Below are positions 49,623 to 59,715 of a DNA stretch of 64,000 nucleotides, piece by piece. The DNA is from Paramoeba atlantica (Eukaryota; Protista; Discosea). Position numbers and translations under genes: made by a program. Where the stretch lies: contig CDRNVI010000043.1 in assembly GCA_977017575.1 (NCBI GenBank), positions 682,001 to 746,000 of the forward strand, given 5' to 3'. The notes below the pieces were generated by a model, which was given only the letters and a program-made list of their open reading frames with translations, was not told the origin of the DNA and made no database searches. Numbering within the stretch: the first letter of the stretch is position 1; every line of letters starts with the position of its first letter.

Positions 49623-52600
49623 GACCTTTCCTTATTGTAAGACCTTTCCTTATTGTAAGACCTTTCCTTATTGTAAGACCTTTCCTTATTGTAAGACCTT
49701 TCCTTATTGTAAGACCTTTCCTTATTGTAAGACCTTTCCTTATTGTAAGACCTTTCCTTATTGTAAGACCTTTCCTTATTGTAAGACCTTTCCTTATTGT
49801 AAGACCTTTCCTTATTGTAAGACCTTTCCTTATTGTAAGACCTTTCCTTATTGTAAGACCTTTCCTTATTGTAAGACCTTTCCTTATTGTAAGACCTTTC
49901 CTTATTGTAAGACCTTTCCTTATTGTAAGACCTTTCCTTATTGTAAGACCTTTCCTTATTGTAAGACCTTTCCTTATTGTAAGACCTTTCCTTATTGTAA
50001 GACCTTTCCTTATTGTAAGACCTTTCCTTATTGTAAGACCTTTCCTTATTGTAAGACCTTTCCTTATTGTAAGACCTTTCCTTATTGTAAGACCTTTCCT
50101 TATTGTAAGACCTTTCCTTATTGTAAGACCTTTCCTTATTGTAAGACCTTTCCTTATTGTAAGACCTTTCCTTATTGTAAGACCTTTCCTTATTGTAAGA
50201 CCTTTCCTTATTGTAAGACCTTTCCTTATTGTAAGACCTTTCCTTATTGTAAGACCTTTCCTTATTGTAAGACCTTTCCTTATTGTAAGACCTTTCCTTA
50301 TTGTAAGACCTTTCCTTATTGTAAGACCTTTCCTTATTGTAAGACCTTTCCTTATTGTAAGACCTTTCCTTATTGTAAGACCTTTCCTTATTGTAAGACC
50401 TTTCCTTATTGTAAGACCTTTCCTTATTGTAAGACCTTTCCTTATTGTAAGACCTTTCCTTATTGTAAGACCTTTCCTTATTGTAAGACCTTTCCTTATT
50501 GTAAGACCTTTCCTTATTGTAAGACCTTTCCTTATTGTAAGACCTTTCCTTATTGTAAGACCTTTCCTTATTGTAAGACCTTTCCTTATTGTAAGACCTT
50601 TCCTTATTGTAAGACCTTTCCTTATTGTAAGACCTTTCCTTATTGTAAGACCTTTCCTTATTGTAAGACCTTTCCTTATTGTAAGACCTTTCCTTATTGT
50701 AAGACCTTTCCTTATTGTAAGACCTTTCCTTATTGTAAGACCTTTCCTTATTGTAAGACCTTTCCTTATTGTAAGACCTTTCCTTATTGTAAGACCTTTC
50801 CTTATTGTAAGACCTTTCCTTATTGTAAGACCTTTCCTTATTGTAAGACCTTTCCTTATTGTAAGACCTTTCCTTATTGTAAGACCTTTCCTTATTGTAA
50901 GACCTTTCCTTATTGTAAGACCTTTCCTTATTGTAAGACCTTTCCTTATTGTAAGACCTTTCCTTATTGTAAGACCTTTCCTTATTGTAAGACCTTTCCT
51001 TATTGTAAGACCTTTCCTTATTGTAAGACCTTTCCTTATTGTAAGACCTTTCCTTATTGTAAGACCTTTCCTTATTGTAAGACCTTTCCTTATTGTAAGA
51101 CCTTTCCTTATTGTAAGACCTTTCCTTATTGTAAGACCTTTCCTTATTGTAAGACCTTTCCTTATTGTAAGACCTTTCCTTATTGTAAGACCTTTCCTTA
51201 TTGTAAGACCTTTCCTTATTGTAAGACCTTTCCTTATTGTAAGACCTTTCCTTATTGTAAGACCTTTCCTTATTGTAAGACCTTTCCTTATTGTAAGACC
51301 TTTCCTTATTGTAAGACCTTTCCTTATTGTAAGACCTTTCCTTATTGTAAGACCTTTCCTTATTGTAAGACCTTTCCTTATTGTAAGACCTTTCCTTATT
51401 GTAAGACCTTTCCTTATTGTAAGACCTTTCCTTATTGTAAGACCTTTCCTTATTGTAAGACCTTTCCTTATTGTAAGACCTTTCCTTATTGTAAGACCTT
51501 TCCTTATTGTAAGACCTTTCCTTATTGTAAGACCTTTCCTTATTGTAAGACCTTTCCTTATTGTAAGACCTTTCCTTATTGTAAGACCTTTCCTTATTGT
51601 AAGACCTTTCCTTATTGTAAGACCTTTCCTTATTGTAAGACCTTTCCTTATTGTAAGACCTTTCCTTATTGTAAGACCTTTCCTTATTGTAAGACCTTTC
51701 CTTATTGTAAGACCTTTCCTTATTGTAAGACCTTTCCTTATTGTAAGACCTTTCCTTATTGTAAGACCTTTCCTTATTGTAAGACCTTTCCTTATTGTAA
51801 GACCTTTCCTTATTGTAAGACCTTTCCTTATTGTAAGACCTTTCCTTATTGTAAGACCTTTCCTTATTGTAAGACCTTTCCTTATTGTAAGACCTTTCCT
51901 TATTGTAAGACCTTTCCTTATTGTAAGACCTTTCCTTATTGTAAGACCTTTCCTTATTGTAAGACCTTTCCTTATTGTAAGACCTTTCCTTATTGTAAGA
52001 CCTTTCCTTATTGTAAGACCTTTCCTTATTGTAAGACCTTTCCTTATTGTAAGACCTTTCCTTATTGTAAGACCTTTCCTTATTGTAAGACCTTTCCTTA
52101 TTGTAAGACCTTTCCTTATTGTAAGACCTTTCCTTATTGTAAGACCTTTCCTTATTGTAAGACCTTTCCTTATTGTAAGACCTTTCCTTATTGTAAGACC
52201 TTTCCTTATTGTAAGACCTTTCCTTATTGTAAGACCTTTCCTTATTGTAAGACCTTTCCTTATTGTAAGACCTTTCCTTATTGTAAGACCTTTCCTTATT
52301 GTAAGACCTTTCCTTATTGTAAGACCTTTCCTTATTGTAAGACCTTTCCTTATTGTAAGACCTTTCCTTATTGTAAGACCTTTCCTTATTGTAAGACCTT
52401 TCCTTATTGTAAGACCTTTCCTTATTGTAAGACCTTTCCTTATTGTAAGACCTTTCCTTATTGTAAGACCTTTCCTTATTGTAAGACCTTTCCTTATTGT
52501 AAGACCTTTCCTTATTGTAAGACCTTTCCTTATTGTAAGACCTTTCCTTATTGTAAGACCTTTCCTTATTGTAAGACCTTTCCTTATTGTAAGACCTTTC

Positions 52601-54104
52601 CTTATTGTAAGACCTTTCCTTATTGTAAGACCTTTCCTTATTGTAAGACCTTTCCTTATTGTAAGACCTTTCCTTATTGTAAGACCTTTCCTTATTGTAA
52701 GACCTTTCCTTATTGTAAGACCTTTCCTTATTGTAAGACCTTTCCTTATTGTAAGACCTTTCCTTATTGTAAGACCTTTCCTTATTGTAAGACCTTTCCT
52801 TATTGTAAGACCTTTCCTTATTGTAAGACCTTTCCTTATTGTAAGACCTTTCCTTATTGTAAGACCTTTCCTTATTGTAAGACCTTTCCTTATTGTAAGA
52901 CCTTTCCTTATTGTAAGACCTTTCCTTATTGTAAGACCTTTCCTTATTGTAAGACCTTTCCTTATTGTAAGACCTTTCCTTATTGTAAGACCTTTCCTTA
53001 TTGTAAGACCTTTCCTTATTGTAAGACCTTTCCTTATTGTAAGACCTTTCCTTATTGTAAGACCTTTCCTTATTGTAAGACCTTTCCTTATTGTAAGACC
53101 TTTCCTTATTGTAAGACCTTTCCTTATTGTAAGACCTTTCCTTATTGTAAGACCTTTCCTTATTGTAAGACCTTTCCTTATTGTAAGACCTTTCCTTATT
53201 GTAAGACCTTTCCTTATTGTAAGACCTTTCCTTATTGTAAGACCTTTCCTTATTGTAAGACCTTTCCTTATTGTAAGACCTTTCCTTATTGTAAGACCTT
53301 TCCTTATTGTAAGACCTTTCCTTATTGTAAGACCTTTCCTTATTGTAAGACCTTTCCTTATTGTAAGACCTTTCCTTATTGTAAGACCTTTCCTTATTGT
53401 AAGACCTTTCCTTATTGTAAGACCTTTCCTTATTGTAAGACCTTTCCTTATTGTAAGACCTTTCCTTATTGTAAGACCTTTCCTTATTGTAAGACCTTTC
53501 CTTATTGTAAGACCTTTCCTTATTGTAAGACCTTTCCTTATTGTAAGACCTTTCCTTATTGTAAGACCTTTCCTTATTGTAAGACCTTTCCTTATTGTAA
53601 GACCTTTCCTTATTGTAAGACCTTTCCTTATTGTAAGACCTTTCCTTATTGTAAGACCTTTCCTTATTGTAAGACCTTTCCTTATTGTAAGACCTTTCCT
53701 TATTGTAAGACCTTTCCTTATTGTAAGACCTTTCCTTATTGTAAGACCTTTCCTTATTGTAAGACCTTTCCTTATTGTAAGACCTTTCCTTATTGTAAGA
53801 CCTTTCCTTATTGTAAGACCTTTCCTTATTGTAAGACCTTTCCTTATTGTAAGACCTTTCCTTATTGTAAGACCTTTCCTTATTGTAAGACCTTTCCTTA
53901 TTGTAAGACCTTTCCTTATTGTAAGACCTTTCCTTATTGTAAGACCTTTCCTTATTGTAAGACCTTTCCTTATTGTAAGACCTTTCCTTATTGTAAGACC
54001 TTTCCTTATTGTAAGACCTTTCCTTATTGTAAGACCTTTCCTTATTGTAAGACCTTTCCTTATTGTAAGACCTTTCCTTATTGTAAGACCTTTCCTTATT
54101 GTAA
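49623..54104 (+). repeat. Tandem array of GACCTTTCCTTATTGTAA, 249 units (4482 bp), apparently homogeneous
   Basis: 4482/18 = 249. The translation is an unbroken (TFPYCK)n. Confidence 0.95.
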
Positions 54105-54120
54105 TCGTTATAATTAGGCC

Positions 54121-57100
54121 ATGGATACCTCCGGCACGGTCAATGAGAGAAAGCGGTGTTCTGACCCGGTTGCTCTTATTGGTCGGTCCAGGTTAGGTCG
54201 GGGCGTCAATTTTTGGCCATCAAAGTCAAAGGTTGGCGTAGCAAAACTCCGTGATCGTGCGGTAACCAGTATGTCCAACACGATTCGTGCGGGGTCTCGT
54301 GTCGCTGTGGTCTGGCGCTGGTCGTTTGCTCAAAGGCTAAAGATGTGGCAAGGGACTGCGAAATTTCGGGCCAAAAATGGTCTATGGCGTATTCGCTATG
54401 ACTGTTGTCCTGGAGTATCGTTTCCTTTTCCCCCTATAGACCCACGAGTAGCGATCTGTGCGGGCCGCGTGGCACCCCCCCGTAAGAAGAAATGTAGGAA
54501 GCACCGTTCTGCGCGACTTCCCCGTCGGAATGGCTCCCCGGCGGTCGAGGAATCTAACCCCATTGCCACGAACAAGACGCTACATCTTGCAACTCTAAAC
54601 GTCACTACCCTGAAACTAAAGGGAACTGATTATTTCTCCCTTCGCAAATCGACACGACTACGGGAAATTATGTCGTACATGGTCGAGCGAGGCCTTGCCC
54701 TCTGTTGCCTTCAGGAAACTCGTGTACAAACCGATATCATTCAAAACATTGCACATCAGACAATTCGTCATGGAAAGTTCGTATTTCATGTTTATATTCA
54801 AGGCGCTATCAAAGGTTACGGTGGACTCATGATTCTAAGCCTATTTGAGCCTGCTCTTGTGTCGCGAATCAGTGATCGGATCCAACAGGTTACTCTAGAC
54901 TTACCAAAATTCCACGGTGTGCTATTCAATGTTTATGCCCCCACGGCGGTGGCAAAAGATGACGTAAAGGAGAAATTTTGCAATGATCTACGTGATGCAT
55001 GGAATCTTAGTAATGCGAAAATAAAACTTGTTCTGGGGGATCTTAATGCGCCACTGACAGATAAGTGTCAGCGAATAATGCGTAAAAATAAGGCACAACA
55101 TCGGCTTACCAATTTACTGTCTGAGCTTGGGGCTCGCGCGGCACATACATCCTGCCCAAGCAGAAAGAAGTGGACTTATACTTTTCAAAATGGAACTGTA
55201 AAACAACTAGACCATATTCTTGTCAACAAACGTTTCGTCACTACCTTACATGGCCACAGAGTTCTCCAACCCCCGGTGCCGACTCGACATCAAATAGTAA
55301 CAGTAAAAACTAAGTTTCGTTGGAAAGCTTCAGTAAATGACGGTAGCTTGCGATTACCGTGGTATCAGTTAAAGGATCCACAAATATGTATGGACTTCAT
55401 ACGCCGTGTGAAAGAGAACTACACCGAACATGCGGAGATAGTTGGGATGAAAAGAAGACGAAATGAGCCAAACCAGAAAATGTCAACCGAAATGCCTGTG
55501 ATATTTCCAAGTGATATTTTGTGGGATAAATTGGAAAAAGCAATTATCATGGCTGCTGAATCTATACCAACGAAGGAGGAAAACATAAACATGTTTGCTT
55601 CAAACGATGAAACTACTACACAGTTGCGAATCCGTGACATTTTCCGTACGTCTCAAAGTCCGCAGAGGTTCGATTCTCTAGTAAAAGAACATAGCATCAC
55701 CGTGAATGAAAATATCACTCAAGAATGCCTGTCTCTACAACAAAACTTTCAAAGATACAAACGTTCTTCTTGGAGACATGTTAAAATGATGACTGGGCAC
55801 ACTTCATCACGCCTCAGACCGCCAGGAAAAACAAAAAGCGAACAATTATGTAATGTGCGATTACACTTTCAGAATACTGTGCAACTAAAGGAGGTAGACA
55901 ACAAGATCAAATTTGCGGAAGCGCCAAAGTCGTTTATCCCTATATCTGATGGACCGTTTGATCTCAATGAATTGACGACTGCTCTTAAAGATATGGCAAC
56001 TGGTAAAGCACCAGGCATTGACTCGATTCCAATTGAAGCCTTACGAGTACTGAACAGCGATCCGTTCATACAATCTATTCTTCTACATTTAATTAATATG
56101 GTTCGTGAGAGCGGAAGAGCGCCACAGACATGGAAACGACTTATCCAAGTCCCAGTTCCGAAAAAAGGCGACTTAGGCAACATGAACAATTGGAGACCAA
56201 TATGTCTAATAGTGCACGCTGCAAAACTCATGAACCGTATGATACTAAATCGAATTCTTCCTACAGTGGATGCTCAATTAAGTGATTGTCAATACGGATT
56301 CCGACCCAATAGAGCAACAACGGGAGCACAAGCAACCCTCATTGAGTTGTGCCAGAAAGCGTCTCGTGAGAATCCTGGTGTTGCGCTAGGCTTCGTGGAT
56401 TTCCGTCAGGCATTTCCTTCAGTCAGCTTTTTCTCCATTCGTGCTGCACTGGAAGCCTTTCACATCCCGCAGCATCTCAGCAGCATGATAATGTCTATGT
56501 ATGAAAAAACAGAAGCAGTTGTACGATGCAAAAGCGGAGTTACTGATACGTTTCCGATCCAGTGTGGCACACTTCAAGGTGATGTTTTGGCCCCTGTCCT
56601 ATTCCTCATGGTTCTGGATCGAGTCATGGCTGAAGTGTATAAGGAAAATGAGTTCGGACTTATCTTGCGAAGGGCGGGCACAAAAAGACAAGGAAAGCCT
56701 GCGCAATGTCTAAATTATTTAGCATACGCGGATGATTTAGTGCTCATATGTCCCTCTCTTACTAATTTGAATCGCGTTATGGAAAGACTGGAACAAACAG
56801 CTGCGAAAGTCAACTTACGTCTCAACATTGGTGTAAATAAAACTGCGTGGATGACAGTAGGTCAAGTGAATGACGCACAAGGAGACTTGATTCTAACGAA
56901 TGGGGGGTTGGTGCCTCGAATCACCGAATATCGATACTTGGGGTTGAAAATTACTAATAAGGGTGTCATTGTAAACTTTGAAGACCGAATTAACTTAGCG
57001 TGGGCTGCAACACATCGCCTACAGTCATTATGGAAATCAGGCCTCACGCTTGTCACAAAATTTCACTTATTCGAATCTCTGGTTTCACCTTTATTGCTGT

Positions 57101-58326
57101 ATGGCTGTGGAAACTTTTCCCTAATAAAAAAAGACGCTGATTTAATTGACTGTGAAGTGAACCGAATGAGAAGACTAGCGCTCGGGGTTCGTACTTGGGA
57201 TGGTACAAGAGGTGCACCATGTGATGCACTATATGGGAACAGAATGCGACTTTCTAACGCATGTCGAGTCCTCCGAGTTCAAATGCTAGGACACCTGATC
57301 CGCGGCAATAATCCCTTCAAATCGGTAATGCTATGGCGCAAAGCAACAGGAAAGAAATATCGTCCCACTCTATCAGAGGCATGTGCTGAAGACATGGAAC
57401 TAGATGTCGAAGATCTCAATGTCCTAGCGGGAGATCGGGATTGGTGGGCGTCGAGAGTTAAATTTTTGCGTGAATATCTTGAATCTCACAAATCCTACAT
57501 GGTTTTCGGCTCTAGATCCTGGAAGAAGGTATGCCAGGACTTAGATACTACCACCTACAAAGTACTCGAAGGAATTGAAGAAGGCACGGACCATTCTCCT
57601 CTCTCAGCTGATTCCGAACACATATACGTAGATGGGGCTGTCAGTTCAGAAGCAGGAAAACCAGCCGCGGGTTCGGGGATAGTTATTGTTAATTCAAATG
57701 GTGTAAGAACCAGACAACACGTTTTACCACCGGAATGCACTTCACCGGATCGGGCTGAACTTCGCTCCTTTCTTTTAGGCATTCAGGCAGCTTCGTCTTC
57801 TACGAGGAACACAGTTATACATACTGATTCTCATTATGTATGGGACTGGTATCATAATGTTAGGGTTCGTTTTTCAATCATTGGATACGGTGGCATGCCA
57901 AATGCTGACCTACTCACGCAGATACAAGGAGCAATTAAAGAGCGTTGTACAGATAGTAGTCTCTACGTTATTAAAGTGCGGGCACACTGCGGGAATTCCT
58001 TCAATGAAAAAGCTGATGAAATAGCACGCAAAGCACAGAGAACAGCTGCACGTCGTTTTTCATGCGTCATTCACACGCAAAGGGAGGGAAACAAATCTAA
58101 TCACGGTCAAAAAAGGGAGCATGATCTCCAAGAAAAATCTCCACACAAAGTGAATATGAAAAAAGGGAAACTGAAAAATACAGAAGAAGGCAGCACAGTC
58201 AGGATTGCTCGTTCACTCAACCCAGAAGCTAATACCGGGGATCCAGTAACGTTTTCTCAGTACAAGACATCACGGGGTAGACTGACGAATGCCCCCATTT
58301 TTGTGAAGAAAAGCCGCTATATGTAA
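54121..58326 (+). CDS. APE endonuclease-RT-RNase H polyprotein (1401 aa; Met51 at 54271 is an alternative start)
   Basis: APE: ATLNV, CLQET, NVYAPT, GDLNA, LDHIL. RT: KAPGID, WRPIC, QYGFR, DFRQAF, QGDVLAP, YADD. RNase H: YVDG, AEL, TDS, HCGNSFNEKAD. Confidence 0.92.
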   Translation: MDTSGTVNERKRCSDPVALIGRSRLGRGVNFWPSKSKVGVAKLRDRAVTSMSNTIRAGSRVAVVWRWSFAQRLKMWQGTAKFRAKNGLWRIRYDCCPGVSFPFPPIDPRVAICAGRVAPPRKKKCRKHRSARLPRRNGSPAVEESNPIATNKTLHLATLNVTTLKLKGTDYFSLRKSTRLREIMSYMVERGLALCCLQETRVQTDIIQNIAHQTIRHGKFVFHVYIQGAIKGYGGLMILSLFEPALVSRISDRIQQVTLDLPKFHGVLFNVYAPTAVAKDDVKEKFCNDLRDAWNLSNAKIKLVLGDLNAPLTDKCQRIMRKNKAQHRLTNLLSELGARAAHTSCPSRKKWTYTFQNGTVKQLDHILVNKRFVTTLHGHRVLQPPVPTRHQIVTVKTKFRWKASVNDGSLRLPWYQLKDPQICMDFIRRVKENYTEHAEIVGMKRRRNEPNQKMSTEMPVIFPSDILWDKLEKAIIMAAESIPTKEENINMFASNDETTTQLRIRDIFRTSQSPQRFDSLVKEHSITVNENITQECLSLQQNFQRYKRSSWRHVKMMTGHTSSRLRPPGKTKSEQLCNVRLHFQNTVQLKEVDNKIKFAEAPKSFIPISDGPFDLNELTTALKDMATGKAPGIDSIPIEALRVLNSDPFIQSILLHLINMVRESGRAPQTWKRLIQVPVPKKGDLGNMNNWRPICLIVHAAKLMNRMILNRILPTVDAQLSDCQYGFRPNRATTGAQATLIELCQKASRENPGVALGFVDFRQAFPSVSFFSIRAALEAFHIPQHLSSMIMSMYEKTEAVVRCKSGVTDTFPIQCGTLQGDVLAPVLFLMVLDRVMAEVYKENEFGLILRRAGTKRQGKPAQCLNYLAYADDLVLICPSLTNLNRVMERLEQTAAKVNLRLNIGVNKTAWMTVGQVNDAQGDLILTNGGLVPRITEYRYLGLKITNKGVIVNFEDRINLAWAATHRLQSLWKSGLTLVTKFHLFESLVSPLLLYGCGNFSLIKKDADLIDCEVNRMRRLALGVRTWDGTRGAPCDALYGNRMRLSNACRVLRVQMLGHLIRGNNPFKSVMLWRKATGKKYRPTLSEACAEDMELDVEDLNVLAGDRDWWASRVKFLREYLESHKSYMVFGSRSWKKVCQDLDTTTYKVLEGIEEGTDHSPLSADSEHIYVDGAVSSEAGKPAAGSGIVIVNSNGVRTRQHVLPPECTSPDRAELRSFLLGIQAASSSTRNTVIHTDSHYVWDWYHNVRVRFSIIGYGGMPNADLLTQIQGAIKERCTDSSLYVIKVRAHCGNSFNEKADEIARKAQRTAARRFSCVIHTQREGNKSNHGQKREHDLQEKSPHKVNMKKGKLKNTEEGSTVRIARSLNPEANTGDPVTFSQYKTSRGRLTNAPIFVKKSRYM

Positions 58327-59715
58327 TCGAAATTTGCTGTGTATAACTTTGCGCATTAATCTGGAACGCTTATTTTCAGGAGTGTTATGTCCTCTTGGTA
58401 CATTTATTTATCAACGCGTTAATAATATTCTGGAGCATTTATGTATATTTCATTGCTAAATATCCGTACTCATCGAAAACACTGAGTGGGGTACGTAATA
58501 TTGATAGTATACGGTGGTTTATTTGGCAAGCAGAGAACAAGTTGGCGCTGAGTTGCTCTTCGGGCATATGACGCGGCAATGAAGGCAAGAACTTGCGTAC
58601 TGCTTAACCCTTGGTACCGCGTTGAATATCGATGGTGAAATATTGAGCTGAAAATGGCTAATTGTAAGATTGTTCTGGTTTGCTTGTGCTCGTTTGTACA
58701 CGTTTTCTCCTAATTGCAAAAGAGGATAGGTCTCCTACCTCCATTCGCATAATCCGCGGTTTGGCCTATTCGTGATGTGGATAGATGTTTCAGTGCGCTA
58801 AGGAGAGTGTACGTTGAAAGTTGCATGTGTATAGTCTTTTGTTATTATTATTATTATTATTACTTTGCACATGACGAAGTTCGGGTTTTCCATATTGGAC
58901 GACATGGCCAGGCGACACATGTGAATGACTCTTTCGGCCCCGGCTGGCGCTGCCACTCCGTACTGTTTGCCTTCAAAGAGCTCGCTCGCTTTGGGTCGGA
59001 TTGCGTTGCATACGGCTTTGCTCGCTAATCGCCGAAGGGTTTCACCGGCAGCGATCGGACGAACATCATTTTCGCCCTTTGATAGGGCGCATAAGCGCGC
59101 CCCTGCGAAGTGCGCCTGTACTTCAGAGGGTGCCTTCCCAGCTAGGAGGTGATTTGTTAGCTTTGTGAGGGATCGGAGAAAGTCATTTCCGTGTACGAGC
59201 AGTGCTGCCTGTAGGTGCTCTGGGCGTAATCCCATAGTGCCGGCAGAGGAACCCCTGTTGAAGCTCTTCAGCGTCTTTGCAACTTCGCGTTCGTCAAGTT
59301 CCAGTGGAGCGCAGTTCGGGGGCGGGCAGTTTTCGCACGAGTCAATTTGAAGACGACGGGGGTGTTTTTCTAGCAATTTTTCAAATGTCTCGTCATCGTC
59401 AGGCGCCATTGGATCTGACGTTAGGGAGGCCAACCCTCTAGAGAGCTCGCCGTGGCGGACGAGGAGTTCTGCTCGAATCGCTGCCTTCTCGTCTTCGTCA
59501 GGGAATTCCGTTGGAGATTTTTTTTTTTTTTTTTTGTCTTTGTTTTTTTTGTCTTTGTTTTTTTTCTTTTTTTCTTGTCTTTTTTTTGCACCAATCACCA
59601 CTATACCTCTCGTATCTCCCACATGTCTGAGCAAGAAAGACGTATGCATCTTGATCGATGTTGATGTCGTACGTCCTTGCAAAAAGTCTGCTCGTCATTA
59701 CAATTCGTAGAAGAA

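Larger units (their letters stand above)
49620..58862 (+). mobile_element. ingi/L1Tc-like APE-RT-RNase H non-LTR retrotransposon F, including a 5' 18-bp array and a (TTA)n tail
   Basis: TSD ACTTTGCACATG at 49608-49619 and 58862-58873. The 3' end reads cttttg(tta)n. Confidence 0.88.
47098..59517 (-). mobile_element. 5'-truncated A-type CRE element C/D (47098-49619 and 58862-59517), split by the ingi-like insertion
   Basis: D ends NPNFVMCKV and C begins MCKVDLRNAFN, overlapping at the TSD. QGDP, YLDD, RPGD motifs; poly(A) at 47098-47124. Confidence 0.9.

Noticed and set aside
49623-54104. CRISPR array or telomeric repeat
   Set aside because: No spacers and no cas genes. The unit is not TTAGGG-like and lies internally within a TSD.
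54105-54270. HDV-like ribozyme or Pr77 signature at the F 5' end
   Set aside because: A GGCCA/TGGCC pairing exists, but no P3/L3, P1.1 or J4/2 could be built.
54535-54565. 2A-like peptide (AVEESNPI) upstream of the APE domain, as in L1Tc/ingi
   Set aside because: It lacks the required D(V/I)ExNPG-P ending.
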